Source: Glaucostegus cemiculus (taxonomy: Eukaryota). Taken from it: a DNA stretch of 64,000 nucleotides. Within the stretch, counting starts at the first letter, position 1. Each line of letters begins with the position of its first letter. The notes under the pieces are model-generated. The model was not told the origin of the DNA. It saw nothing but the letters and a program-made list of their open reading frames with translations, and did not search any database. The stretch spans positions 2,976,001 through 3,040,000 of the forward strand of contig CDPCPM010000043.1 of assembly GCA_976551045.1 (NCBI GenBank). Reading direction: 5' to 3'. This document shows positions 10,401-25,400 of the stretch, piece by piece. Position numbers and translations under genes: made by a program.

Positions 10401-13400
10401 GAAAAGTCTTAGCCCTACAGGATTGCCTGGAAACTATGGACTGGAACACCTTCAAAGAAGCAGCCACTCAGGACAACCACATTGACATCCAAGAGTATAC
10501 AGACTCTGTGCTATGCTACATCAGGAAGTGCACTGAGGATGTAACTGTGGACAAAGTGACTACAGTGAGGGCAAATCAGAAGCCCTGGATGACTGGGGAG
10601 GTTCGCTGTCTGCTACGTACCAGAGATTCAGCTTTCAGGGCGAGGGATGAGGAAGCTTTGAAGTCTGCAAGGAAGGACCTGTCTTGGGGTATTAAAAAGG
10701 CAAAACGACAATACGCAGAAAAGATAAATAATAATTTCACCAACGACAAGGATGCGAGGCGTCTGTGGAAGGGAATCCAGGTCATCACTGACTACAAAGC
10801 TCCACCCCAGGTTTGTGATGGTGACTCATCACTACCAGACCAGTTGAACGAATTTTATGCAAGGTTTGAGGCAATGAACCATACACCTGCCTCGAAAGCC
10901 CGGCCTTCGCCAGAAGAACAGGCTTTGAGACTCACCCCAGCCAGTGTGGGGAAAGCCCGTTCACAGGTTAACCCTCGGAAGGCTGCGGGACCGGATAACA
11001 TACCGAGGCGGATATTCAAGGACTGTGCGGACCAGCTTAAAGATGTACTGGCTGACATCTTCAACATCTCCCTACAGCAGGCTGTTGTTCCTAAGTGCCT
11101 AAAATCTGCCACCATCATACCTGTTCCCAAGAAATCTCCTCCAAAGTGTCTGAATGACTACCGTCCTATAGCTCTAACACCGATTGTCATGAAATGCTTT
11201 GAGAGGCTAGTTATGAAGCACATTAGAGCCTCCCTCCCCCCATCCTTGGATCCTCATCAGTATGCTTATCGGGCAAACAGGTCCACCGATGATGCAGTCT
11301 CCTCTGCCATGCACTCTGCACTACATCATTTAGAGAAGAAGGACTCATACTGCCGACTGCTATTCACTGACTTCAGCTCCGCTTTCAATACCATCATCCC
11401 GCAACAGCTTATCAGGAAGTTGAGCGCTCTGGGCATTAACACTCCTCTCTGCAACTGGATTTTCTAACTTGCAGGCCGCAGTCAGTCAAAATTGGTGAAA
11501 ACACCTCAAGCACCATCACACTGAGCACTGGCTCCCCTCAGGGTTGTGTGCTCAGTCCGCTCCTGTTCACCTTGTTGACCCACAACTGTGAGGCCAGATT
11601 CAGCTCCAACCGCATTGTTAAATTTGCCGATGACACGACAGTGGTGGGTCTTGTCACGGATGACGATGAGTCGGCCTACAGAGAGGAGGTGAACCAACTA
11701 GCCGTGTGGTGCCATGACAACAACCTCTCCTTGAATGTGGATAAAACCAAGGAGATGATAGTGGATTTTAGGAGGGGTCATCGTGTGCACGCCCCGCTGA
11801 CCATCAACGGGTCTGCTGTGGAACAAGTACGCAGCACCAAGTTCCTGGGGGTGCACATCACCGACGACCTGACCTGGTCCACTAGCATTACGGCCCTCAC
11901 GAAGAAGGCTCAGAAACGCCTCTACTTCCTGCGGAGACTGAGGAAAGCGTACCCACATCCCTCAGTCATGAAATCCTTCTACAGGGGGACCACTGAGAGC
12001 ATCCTAACTCAATGTATCACTGTTTGGTTTGGAAGCTGCTCAGCTGCTGGGCGGAAGTCCCTCCAGAAGATAGTTAGGGCTGCGGAGTGGATCATAGGTG
12101 TCTCGCTTCCATCCCTCGCAGACATATACAAAGACCGTTGTGTGAGGAAGACCAAAAGCATAATGGCCGACCCTTCTCACCCCTCCCACCACCTCTTCAC
12201 AATTTTGCCATCAGGGAGGAGGCTTAAATGTATCAGGGCAAGAACGTCCAGGGTGAACAATAGCTTCTTTCCGCAAGCCATCAGAACTGCAAACTCACTC
12301 ATCCCTCCATCTTCCTTTGTTAACACTAAGAGATGCTAGGTGTACAGAAATGCACCAGCACTTTAAATGCCGACACCAGCCCGTTCACTTTAAGAACTAT
12401 TTATTTATTTTCTGGCCATTTTTAATTCAATCTGCGTAATAATTCAATTTCAATCTCCATAGCTTCTAATGTGTAATGTTTTGTACTGTGTATTCTGCCA
12501 AGTGTGTATGTGTCTCTCGGTTGGTTGTTATGTTATTCTTTTTTATGGGACGAGCACCTGAGGAGGACGGTATCTCGCTCCTATGCGTACTATGTATGTA
12601 TATGGTTGTGACAATAAAACTGATTCTGATTCTGATTCAGCGATCCAACGCTGCTGAGATTTTATTTTGGAGTAATTGGTCTGCAGAAAGGTGAGGAGCC
12701 TCTGGCTGAGTGAAACCCCAGCCCTTCTCAGGCTCTCTGACTCAATCCAGAACTACTGTGTCAGTGAGGGAGAACTACACTGGGTGAACATTGCCTTGTC
12801 TCAGCCCGACTTTTGGGCAAACTATAATGCAGGCAGAGGGATTTTGACAAACAATGAAGTGAAATCAAAAGCTGGAGCTAGTTATTTTTAGTTTAAAAGA
12901 AAAACTCCCTCCGTCCCAGATGATTGCGTTGAAAGCCCCAAATGTTTCTCAGCTGTGTGATTATTTTGGAGGTGGGAAGCGGGCAGAAGGGTACAGTCGA
13001 GAGACATCAACAAGAGTTTGATCATCTAGCATTTGTGAAACAAAGGTGGTGATGCCTCAGTGCGTGCATCAGCCAGTCATGTGACCTTTCCCTCGCACAG
13101 ATGATCAGCATGGAGTGCACTGTGAGGTTAGCCTCACAAGCTCATCAGGAGTTCTGGCTTTTGAACGGTTCCTGAGTGGCTGATGTTACAACCACAACAG
13201 CAGGACTGTTGGCTTGGTTGATCCAGCCAAGAGTAATCTCTGACATCCTCCTTTGCAGAACTACCTGCACTGATCACTATGCATCAATGAATGAATCTTT
13301 GATCCATTTTAGTGGTCTGCAGCTCACCCTGACACCTCTTGTAAGAATGTGAAATTTGTTTGTCGTCGCTCATTTGAGTGGAGATTCTTACACCTGGAGC

Positions 13401-16400
13401 AGAAAGCTGAGCCACCTCCTACCAGGATCATCTTATTGTGGTCCCAGTGGGTCTCCTGCACTCACCCTCTCACCCAGCCCACAGGACCTCCCTCCTGGTA
13501 CCTGTGTTACAGACAAGGGTGCACCTCTGTTTCACTAAATCTTTCCCCTTCCCCTGCGATTTCTTTTTCCTCTATGGTAGATATCAATTGTTGGTGTCTA
13601 GCAACAAGTGTGCCTTTAAGGGGCTGATGCATTTCTCAGACAGGTGTGCAGTAAGTTGTTAGAAGCTGCCTTCAATTGAGTTGTTTACCTCAGGAACTGC
13701 ACAGGCCCTGGTTTAGCGCATGATTCTGGGTGTAAATCACAATAACAGTTTCTAAGACACTTCTGGCCATTTCATGATTTGTTGGGGAATCTAATTAACC
13801 TTGGCACAAAAAGCAGCACATTTTTACTTGATTAAAAAAAATGAGAAATCCTATTTATAGGCAAATAAAAATTTAGATGGGGATAGAGAATGGTAGATGA
13901 CGTTAATTAGTAAAATAATCATTCATTGAAGGAACAAAGGCATGTTGTTCATTGGACCCAACTGAAAAAGTGCTGTGTCATTTCTGACTGCAGATAAAAT
14001 TGCATAGCCTGCTATATGTGCAGCATGATGTCTTTATGTTAAACATTGCTTTGGTCAAAACAATTACCCATCTCATCAATCCAAACTGACATAAAATTGT
14101 AGTAAAGGGCCAAAGTACAAAATGGAACAGAGCTAAGCAGTTCTAAACTGAATACAATGTATACCTCAAATGTACAGAAGGTACAAAATATTATGCTGTT
14201 CTCTATGCAACCTTGACATGATACTGAATAACTCCAATTTAAACACTTCCTCCTCCTTTATTTAATGACAGCATGGAACTTAGGCATCACTGACAAGTTT
14301 GGGATTCACTGTCCATCTTCAGATCTACTCGCGAAACTGGTAGTGAGCTGGTTTCTGAAACTGCTGTAGTCTTTCTGGAAAGGTACTGCTACAATGTTGT
14401 TAGGGGGCGAGTTCCAGGATTTAGACCCAGTAATGATGAAAGACCAGTGCCATGTTTTGAAGTCAGGATAGCATGCAACTTGGATGGGAAACTGCAGTGG
14501 TGTTCCTGTGTGCCTGAAGCCCTCCTCCTTCTTGGTGGCTGAGGTTACAGCTTTGGGTGGTCTTGTTGGAGTAGCCTGGTCAAGTAACCACTGTGTATTT
14601 TATAGGTGGGGTAAACACTACAGCTGGTGAAGGAAGGATTGAATATTTAGGGTGGAGGATGGGGTACCAAACATGTGGCTGACTTTGTCCTGGATAGTGT
14701 TGACTTTCTTGAGTGTTGTGGGAGCTACACTCATCCAGGCAAATGGAGGACATTCTATCATGTTTCTGTCTTGCCTGGGAGAAAGTGGAAAGACCTAGGG
14801 TGCCACAGGCTACCCAGCCTCTACTCTGCTCTTGTAGCCATGGTATTTATATGGCTGGCCCAACTGAGTTTCTGGTAAATGGTGATCCTGGGGATGTTGA
14901 TGGTGGGGGACTTGTGATGGTAATGCCATTAAATGTCACATCCAAATGATAAGATTCTGTCGGAATGGTCACTGCCAAGGATTTCAGTGGTATGAATGTT
15001 AATTGCCTCTTATTAAATCATGCCTTAATATTGTAAAGGTCTCCGTTCCTCAAGACTGCTTAATTTGCTGAGGAATTGAGAACAGTATCGAAAATTGAAA
15101 TTCCCTTCCTCCACCCTTATCATGGATTGAAGGTGACTGATGAAGCTGTCCTGAGGAACTCCTGCAATGTGGTTCTGGGGCTGGGATGATTTACCTCCAG
15201 CAATTATAACCATTGTTCTTTGTGTAAGGTGCACTCCAACGATTACAGTATTTTTCCCTTGATGCCCATTGACCAGTTTCACCAGGGCTCCTTGATACCA
15301 CACTCAAGAATATATTTTTTTTACTTACAACGTGGTAACAGGCCCTTTTGGCCCAACGAGTTCACGCCGCCCATTTTAAACCCCCAACTTAACCTACCCA
15401 TACGTCTTTTAGAATGTGGGAGGAAACCGGAGCACCCAGAGGAAACCCACGCAAACACGGGAGAACATACAAACTCCTTACAGTCAGCGACGGGAATTGA
15501 ACCCCGATCGCTGGCCCTGTAACAGCAGCGCGCTAACCGCTACACTACCGTGCCGCCCATCAGAATGCTGCCTTAGTGTCAAGAGCAGTCACTCACACCT
15601 CACTTTTGGAATTCAGCTCCAGTCCCGAGGAATGGTGGGAAGGTTATTGGAGAGTCAATGCCATTTGACAGCACTACCAACAATACCTTTAATCACTTTG
15701 TTGATGATTGAGCGTAGACTGACTGAGTAGTAATTAGTTGGATTGGATTGATCTTTTTTTTTTATGGTCAGGGTGTATACAAGTAACTTTTCAGGTGTAG
15801 ATTGTCTGGTCTCTTTGCCTTTGCTCTACCCAGTCCTTGCAGCCATTTCTTTATATCACTTGGAGTAAATTGAATTGGTTGAAGCCGGGTTTCTGTGTTG
15901 GTGGGAATTGTAGGAGGAAGCTGAGTTACAGATTAAGACCCTAGTAATTTAACCACTGCACCAATACACTACCCAGGGTCCTATGGGAGTCTAATTACTA
16001 TTTTTAAGTACAAATGAGCTAAGTTGCACAGGGCACTAGTGAGCAGCCTTTAAAGTAGCTTCTCGTGACCACTCAAAAAAACAGACCAGGAAACATTTAA
16101 TTTTTTACGGTGGTAGTTTATGAGGTGGGTCAACTCCTTCCCCTACTTACACAGATGTCACATTTCTTCATAAAGGTTTTGAGGAATCCTGCATCTAATT
16201 TTGCAGAGGCTGAACTTTCCTTTCATAAACCATCATTCCAGGGTTCTGAGTGATTTCAGAAAATTTGATACTTACAGTGGGACGTTGTAAGATATCCTCT
16301 GGGCATGTATGAAATCCTTTGGTTGGTGCTGAGCAATAACGTGCCATGTAATTCCACCATTCAAACTGTACTGTAGCAGGATGGCTTTGTCTGCAATGTC

Positions 16401-19400
16401 GGGGTTTGTCAGGTCAATATTGCAGCTTGCTGTATGTGACAGGCTGCCAATCTGCAGCACAAACATGATTTTGCTAAGGAGAAAGGAAAATATTTTCTAT
16501 TTAGTAAGTACACCATCAGAACTCTTCATTTTGGAATTCAAAGTTCAGAAAAATGATTAAACCCAAAGGAGTTCACATATTTACCAAATCTTATCAGTAA
16601 ACATGCAAGTAATTTTATATAAAGAGCAGAAAAGATTGAAGGAATTACTTCTGTAAAAGAGTTTGCTCATTGTCTGTGTTAAACTATAAAATTATATTAT
16701 TTTAAATGATGTTTCAATAACATTTTTAGAATATCAGCCATAGTCATTTTGGGTCTCCATTTTAAAAAGCTTGGAAACAATTCTAAATACAAAATATGCT
16801 GAAAATACTTGGCAAGTCATGCATCTGTGGAGAGGGAGAGAGAGATGATGTTAATATCTTAGGTGTTGAGCTTTTATCACCGATCTTATATTAGAGCATT
16901 GATGACAGGTTAGTGAACCAAAATATTAACTTTGTTTCTCCTCTCACAGATGTTGCCTGCTCTGCTCAGTATTTCCAGCATTTTCTGTTTTTATTTATTT
17001 TAGCTTTCCAGTATCTGCAGCACTTTGTTTCTGCAAGTGGTTTTGCTTCCTGGAACAGCTCTGTTCATTTTAGTAGGAGGGGTAACATTGGACCAGCCCA
17101 GGATATGATTTGGAACCAGATTACTGGAGGTGGGCGCTGCTCCGGGATGATTCATCAGAGTACGGAGCTCCAGATCTCAAGTCACCCACTATCACCCCAT
17201 CAGTGAGCAGCTTGTGGTTAGAACAGAAAATTCACAGTGCAATTCCAACTGTCCATCTCTGCCCCATGTTAGTAGACCCAACTCTTTAAGCAACCTAAGA
17301 TAAAGTCCCAGACATAAATTTAGGACACAGAGATTCAAGGCTCACTTGCTTTGCTGCTCTGCAGCTTGGTTGAGCTTTATCCAGGATTATTGCTCCTCCC
17401 ATATATTGTGTATTATCTTCACAAACCATAGTTTGAATGTGGCACAGAAAAGATACAATCAGCTTGATATCAATTTCATTTTAAAATGTCCTTTTCCATT
17501 TTCAACTGAATATAGTCCCCTGGACAGCTTACTTATTTGAATACCCAGTAGTAAGGCTCTTCTTTTACATATAACTTTCATAAAAACAAATGCAATATTT
17601 TGTTTCTCAATGTCCTTCTGATGTTCAAGCGAAGGACAAGGAAGTTTCTTTTGAAACCATCGTGACCACAGGAATATACTTTCCTGTTAAATGTAGTTTT
17701 GAAAGGTTTCAGCTGTAATTACAGAAACCCACAATGGCTTTAACACTTCTAGCAAAACAAAGCTCACAGGTGTTTCTGAAAGGAAGTCTACCTTGCCCTG
17801 GTCAGATCCAGAAGTTTGGTTACAGCCTGTCTCATCTGACAGCCATTAAAGTACAGAGACTCCCCGTGGGCATAAGGTGCTAGTTGTCCACATCCATTGC
17901 CAATCGCACCTCCCTGAATCACCTGCCAGTTTATTTCGGTCACACGGGATGATTCAAAGTTGTCTTTGATGTAACTGGGCAGGTCATTAATTGGAACAGA
18001 ACAGTCATCTCCTGCACATGGAAGATAAACAGGTTTTAGCTATAATTGAACAAAGAAAAATAAGGGGATATATTTAAAGAGTGGATAAATGTTAATGACT
18101 ACATTTCTGTTTAAAAACATTCTAATTAGAACAATACAGCACAGAACAGGCCCTTCGGCCCATCAAGCTGTGCCATCCTACAAACATCCCAAACTAACTC
18201 TTTCCACCCTCATATCCTACTATTCCACATTCTTCCATGTGCTTATCTAACAATCTCTTAAACCTGTCCAACGTATCTGCCTCCACTACCACCCCAGGCA
18301 GTGCATTCCATGCACCAACCACTCTCTGGGTGAAAAACTTCCCTCTGACATCTCCCCTATACTTTCCACCAATTATCTTAAAGGCATGCCCTCTCGTCTT
18401 GAGCATCTGCGCTCTGGGAAAGAGGCGCTGACTATTAACTCTATCTATTCCTCTCAATATCTTAATCACCTCTATCAAGTCCCCTCTCATCCTCCTCCGC
18501 TCTAATGAGTAGAGCCCTAGCACCTTAAGCCTCTCTTTATATTCCATACCCTCCAATCCAGGCATCATCCTGGTAAATCGCCTCTGCACCCTCTCCAACG
18601 CCTCCACATCCTTCCTATAATGCGGCGACCAGAACTGAACACAATATTCCAAGTGCGGCCTAACTAGAGTTTTGTAAAGCAGCATCATCACCTCTCTGCT
18701 CTTGAACTCAATCCCTTTATTTATAAAAGCCAACATCCCATAAGCCTTCTTAACAGCCCTATCCACCTGCGAGGCAATTTTGAGTGAACTGTGGATATGA
18801 ACCCCCAGATCCCTCTGCTCCTCTACACTGCCAAGAACCTTGCCATTTACCTTATACTCTGTCCTGGAGTTTGTCCTCCCAAAGTGCACCACCTCACAAT
18901 TCTCCGGATTAAACTCCATCTGCCACCTGTCAGCCCAGTTCTGCAATCTATCAACATCCCCCTGTAAGCTCCTACAGTCCTCCACACCATCTACCACACC
19001 ACCGATCTTGGTGTCATCTGCAAACTTACCAACCCATCCCTCCACTCCTTCATCTAAATCATCTATGAATATAACAAAGAGTAGAGGCCCCAGAACTGAT
19101 CCCTGCGGGACTTCACTAGTCACAGCCCTCCAATCCGAGGGCACTCCCTCCACCATAACCCTCTGCCTTCTACAGGAAAGCCAATTTCTTATCCACACAG
19201 CCAACCTCCCCTGGATACCTCGACCCCTGATCTTCTGAAGAAGCCTGCCATGAGGAACCTTATCGAACGCCTTACTAAAATCCATATACACTACATCCAC
19301 TGCCCTGCCCTCATCAAGCTTCCTCGTCACCTCCTCAAAGAACTCTATCAGGCTCGTGAGGCAAGATCTTCCCTTCACAAAGCCATGCTGACTGTCCCTA

Positions 19401-22400
19401 ATCAGTCCATGACTCTCCAAGTGCTCATAGATCCTATCCCTCAAAATCCTTTCCAACAGCTTACCTACCACAGACGTGAGACTCACCGGTCTATAATTTC
19501 CTGAACTATCTCTACTGCCCTTCTTAAACAAGGGAACAACATCCGCTACCCGCCAATCCTCCGGCACCATCCCCGTGGACAACAAGGACTCAAAGATCCT
19601 CACCAGCGGATCAACAATCTCCTCCCTCGCCTCCCGAAGCAGCCTGGGGAATATTCCATCAGGCCCCGGAGACTTATCAGTCTTGATATTACTTAACAAT
19701 TTCATCACCTCCTCCCTCTCTATAGCTACATACTCAAGAACATTACCCTTGTCAGAACTCACCGTCACATCATCAAGGCCCCTCTCCTTGGTGAATACAG
19801 AGGAGAAGTATTCATTTAGTACCTCCCCTACCTCTGCCGCCTCCAGGCACATCCTTCCACCTTTGTCCTTAATAGGACCTACCTTTACGCTAGTCATCCT
19901 TCTGCCCTTCACATAAGAGAAAAAAGCCTTGGGATTTTCCTTAACCCTACGAGCCAACATCTTTTCATGTCCCCTTCTAGCTCTCCTCAGCTCTTTCTTA
20001 AGTTCCCTTCTCACTATACTATACTCCTCACGGGCCACATCAGAGCCTTGCCGCTTACACCTTACGTAAGCCTCCTTCTTCCTCCTAACCAGTCTTTCCA
20101 CCTCTCTTGTCACCCATGGTTCCTTCACTATTCCATTCTTCCTCCATCTTGCCGGAATATATTTGTCCCCAACATCCTGTAAAACATCCCTGAACAACAT
20201 CCACATCTCTACAGTACACATCCCCTCAAAAAGGACTTCCCAATTTACACTCCCAAGCTCTTTCCTTATAGCCTCATAGTCTGCCCTACCCCAATTGAAT
20301 ATCTTCCTACGCTCCCTGCACCTATGTCTGTCCATGACAATTCTAAAGCTTATCGAGGAATGATCACTGTCTCCCAGAGGCTCACCCACTAGTAGATCTC
20401 TCACCTGTCCCGGTTCATTTCCTAAAACCAGATCCAACACAGCATTCCCTCTAGTCGGTTTGTCAACATACTGCTCCAGAAATCCATCCTGGACACACTT
20501 AACAAACTCATTCCCATCCAAACCTCTGGCACTGAGCATGTCCCAGTCTATATTCGGGAAGTTGAAATCACCCATTATTACAACCCTATTATCTTTGCTT
20601 CTGTCCAAGCACTGCCTGCCAATCTGCTCCTCTATATTCCTACTGCTACCTGGGGGCCTATAGTATACTCCCAGCAGCGTAACCACACTTTTCCTATTCC
20701 TCACTTCCACCCACACCGACTCGAAAGAGGATCCTTCCGCAAACTCAGCCCCTTCCGCAGCCGTAACATCATCCCTGACCAATATCGCCACCCCTCCTCC
20801 TCTTCTCCCCCCCCCATCCTTTTTAAAACACTGAAAACCAGGAATGTTGCAAAGAGATGGAAAAAGTTGGACTTCCTGCACAATCTCTATACAATAGAAT
20901 TTTAAAAATATCTCTTTTGGAACATTAGAAATTGTGCATAGTAACAACAAGGCCTCTCCAATTCATCCTCCCCCACCCCAGTAGTCTACTGAGGTAATGA
21001 TTGGTGACTCATCACAGGAGTTAGTCTTCATTGGTGAAACCACACCAGTCATAAGCACAAACTGACCTAACCCCTTGTGATAATACATTTTGGGAACAGT
21101 AAGTCTAAAGTTATTTGCTACTCTGAATCACACAAAGTTCACTATTTACCTCATATGAAATTGCTCACATATTTTCAAAGACATGAAAATACTTTTTTTT
21201 TGAGTAAATCAGTACTATCTGCTTCCACCATCTCCCTAGAGACCCAAGGCACTTAACTGCTTGCTCACTTAAATAACAGGTGAAGTAACAGCACAGAAGA
21301 TATTCTGATCTCCAACCCTCTGCATTCCCCTTCTATTCAATCAGACCCATTCCAATCTCACTTTTCTGATCTCTGTCCAATCTGTCTCCATTTCCAACAT
21401 TGCTTCCAATCTTTGCCCAGTTTGCCTGGTTGCTCCTTCAATCATTGCCCAGCTCAGTCCATGTTTCATTCTCTGCTCTGAACCTCCTTCTCAGTTCTCT
21501 GAATGCCCTTCTGCTCTCTCCTTAAACAAGCTCTATCCACAAACAGAAAAAATGCCCAACATCTGGCTGTGATGCTTTTCTGGAGAACATCCACAACAGA
21601 ATGTCCACCAAATATTTAAGATTAATATTTCTTTATTAGTCGCATGTACATCGAAACACAGAGTGAAATGCATCTTTTGTGTAGTGTGCTGGGGGCAGCC
21701 CGTAAGTGTCACCACACTTCTGGCGCCAACATAGCACGCCCACAGCTCCTAACCCATAAATATTTGGAATGTGGTGGGAACCAGAGCACCTGGGGGAAAC
21801 CCATGCAGACACAGGGAGAATGCACAAAATTCTTTCAGACAGCAGCTGGAATTGAACCTGGGTCACTGGCGCTGTAATATCGTTACGCTAACCGCTGTGC
21901 TACTGTGCCGCCCTATTAAAACAGCCAAATCCTGAGTGGAGTGTTGGTTTAAAGAAAACCTGTGCTATTTTATTACAATTTCCTCTAAACACAAATCAGC
22001 TACCCAACTTCATCCCCTGCTGAGTTCCTCCAGCATCATCGTGTTTTTCACCTAACTTCATCCTACCTCCACCACTAGCCCTTGCTCAAAAATATTTCTC
22101 TTGCTTTGGGCTCTCTGTTTCCAACCAAGCAATCTCCTCCAGCACTGGCATGATTTATTTTAATGAGTCCTCAGACTTTTACCAGATTTGAAAGGTTGAG
22201 AAGAAATAACACAACATTTTTAAATTGCACATTTAGGTGCTATCACAATCAATCATGCTAGGTTTTTGCCCCACTGCAGCATCTTAATGAAGAAAAATTC
22301 GAGCTAGTACCTTGATAACCTTCATCGCAGATGCAGACAGTTCCACTTCTACAGTATCCATGCCCACTGCAGAGCCTGGGACAAGACTCGCCAATGTAGA

Positions 22401-25400
22401 CATTGTCAATTCCCCAGCTTTGTTTCTCTGTGATGCCCTCCTTCTGAATCCATCGGAACTGAGTAGCACTGAAAACAGCAACAATGGCCAAAAGGTTTAA
22501 TAAGTTGCTGCTGTGGTAATGAAGAGCAGCAGGCATTATATTGAGGGCAATAACTGGAGCCCAGGTTAAGAAATTGTATCAGGAAAGAAATGGAAAAAGA
22601 AGTTGGGAACAAAATATCTGACTGGAAAAATTATAGATTGTAAATCAAGAAAAGGGGATCTTGTGTGGACTAAAGGAAACCATAGGTCAATTAAGTTTAA
22701 TTCAGTTGCGAGTAAAGTATTAGAATCCATATCACAGGATGAACTAATTGAGCACGACCATTCAGCACAGAATTTTTTCAGGTAGATACCACTCATCATA
22801 GTTATGGAATCCTTTAAGGCAATAGATGGAATAAGGAGAAAATTTTCTCTGTGTATTTGTATGTGGATGTCACTGGCTGGGGCAACATTTGTTCCTGGGC
22901 AGTTTAGAGTCAACCACATTGGTGTGGGTCTGGAGTTATACAGAGACCAGACTAAGTAAAGGTGGCAGGTTCCCTTCCCTCATGGAGATTGGTGAACCAT
23001 TGGGTTTTTACAACAATCAGTAGCTTCATAGTTTACACTTAATTAATGACCTATTTAATTACTTGAAACTGCCCAGCTGCCGTAACGGAATTCAAACATG
23101 TCTCAGGATGAATCATCCAGATATTAGTCCAGAGCTTAACAGCTATGCTGTCAGAAATGCAATTGGTGAAGTTTAAATGGATTTTTGAAAAACACTTTGT
23201 TTAAGACATGACAGACTTTTTAAAGATAAATGGAATTAAGGGAATTTTTTTTTTGCATGGACAAGGGCAGAAAGCAAGTGTCACGTTAATTGGGGTCTAT
23301 GCTGGGACTTCTGTAAGTTATAATAATTATAAATTATTTAAAATTAGAAACTGAGGGACAATATGGAAATTTGGAAATGGTACTAAAAGAGGGGAATGTA
23401 ATTAATAATAAAGATTTCAAAGTTTTAGGGGACTGTGGAGATGCTAATGGGAGGAGCAGGACGGTGTCAATTGTGGAAAACATTCAGCAACATTAAGAGA
23501 AAGTAAATTCACTTTAAATAGAACAGTTACCCTCCTGTCCTTTCAGCTTTGCAAGGACCTGCTTACAGATGGTGATGCCTCTTTTCAGCATTTGTCCTCC
23601 CCTTTGCATTAGACTACTCATTTCTTAACCTAGAAATATTCCTTTCTCATGAATAACAACTTGTATTGAAAACATCCAAATCTGCTTCATAAAGAAAAAA
23701 AAGACAAAGAAAGATACAGACCATCAAAGGAGAGGCCTAGGCAGCGGGACAGTTTGCTAAATTCTGGCAATAAGAAAGGGGTTAAGATGTCACAAATAAG
23801 AAATGTGGGGAGGTTTACAGAGAGAATTCCACAGGTTAGTGGCTGGATGGTTAATTGCGAAGCCACTAATATTGACAGTGGGAAATGCACAGGAAGCCAG
23901 AGGTGGAGGAATGTAAAGTTTGTGGACAGTTATAGGGCTGCAGAAAGGGAAAGGCAGACCAGGAAGGAATTTGAATGCATGGATAAGAATTTTAAAATCA
24001 AGATTCTGATGGATTGGGAATCAATGTGCATGAGCAAATGCGGAGGGTGGGGTACTGCTGAGTCTGGACCCAGTACAGATTCAGAAGTTGGCAGCAGTAT
24101 ATGTTGAGTTATGTTCTAAAGAGAGCAGCAGGATGCCCAGGAGATAATTGGAACAGTTTGTCTGGAGGTACAAAAGGCATGATCAAAGGCTTCAGTTGCA
24201 GATAGCCCAAAACTATGTCAGCTATGGAGGATATGTCATTTCAGAGACAAATAACACATTAAGGTTGGAAGCAATCTGGCTTAGCCTAAGGCAACGGCTA
24301 GGAGATGGACAGAATTGATGGCTTTTATCTTCTGAGTGTTTATGTGCTGTTTACTCTGGGCTGAATGGTAGATAGGTAATCTCACCACTATCTGGAGTCA
24401 AGAGTGGTGGGGAAAACATTTTTAAAAAGAACATCAGTGAATTTTCTTGAATTAACATTTATCTTTTTAAAAGACAAACAGTAAGGTGAAAGTAAAGAGC
24501 AAAGGTCATAAGTGGTTAGTAAATGTGATGCCATGAAGTGGCCACCTCCCTTTCTGAACCGTACCTGGATGCAACATATTCAGGCAGTTGGATGGTGACC
24601 CTGTTCCAGCTGGAGCAGTTGACGGCAGTGTAAATACTGGCCTCATGGAACTGGAATGGTGAGCAGCCAATGTTGCTGCTTGTAGAAGGAAGACACTCTG
24701 TTTGGACAAGTGACCAGGAGTCCTTTCTGCATAAAAGATAAAGAGAGTGTCTCACTGATTCTCTTGTCATAACTGATCCTCACAAAAGACCGATGCCGCA
24801 AATTGATTGGAAACACTTAAAATTCTGGTTCTAACTGCTCATAATTGCTGTTCCCTGATGAAATATAACTTTATGTTCAGCAGCCACCCTGCCTCAGTGT
24901 TCAAATATAAAATAAATAGGGCAGATGAGACCAGAAATGGAGGCCAGGCTCATGTAGAGCCAATACAAACATTCTCCTACCCACACATAACAGCTTTGGA
25001 GAAAATATGAGCAGATGCAGCACTTAAGAAGTCTATTCAGCCTTCCCAGAAAAAAGACATGCTCAATGGTTGGAGATAGAATTTTAGTGTTTCAGCCTGA
25101 ACTCCCTAATGTACAAGCCTTGAGAGTGTGACTTCTCATTGGGAGACTGGAATATGAAAAATATGCCATAAAATTATTGTAAGGTTGACCATGTTAATCC
25201 ATGATTTTCTAGTCATTAGAATGAATTAAGTGGAAAAGCAATGAGCAAAGAGTACAGGAATAAACCCCCAAACCAATATAACATCGTGAATCACCCATTC
25301 TGATGCTGGGAAGATACACAAATTCATAACTAAATTGTTAAAGCATATGACACACAGTTATCAAATTATTATTATAAAATTAACATTGCTAATCTGTTGT

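Larger units (their letters stand above)
8800..13770. mobile_element. Fossil PIF/Harbinger DNA transposon, interrupted by a Rex-type LINE
   Basis: Convergent relics of a DDE transposase (+) and a Myb/SANT gene (-); termini are approximate because the TIRs have decayed. Confidence 0.65.

Noticed and set aside
15480-15558. tRNA-like sequence with A and B boxes (also near 21840-21913 and 42925-43002)
   Set aside because: It is contiguous with a V-SINE core and tail, so it is a SINE head, not a tRNA gene.
18237-20663. Plus-strand ORFs repeated at 46996-48941
   Set aside because: Antisense shadows of CR1 ORF2, repeated only because the element is repeated.
20850-20950. N-terminal extension of the 918-aa ORF
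   Set aside because: Chance open flank upstream of the CR1 5' truncation point.
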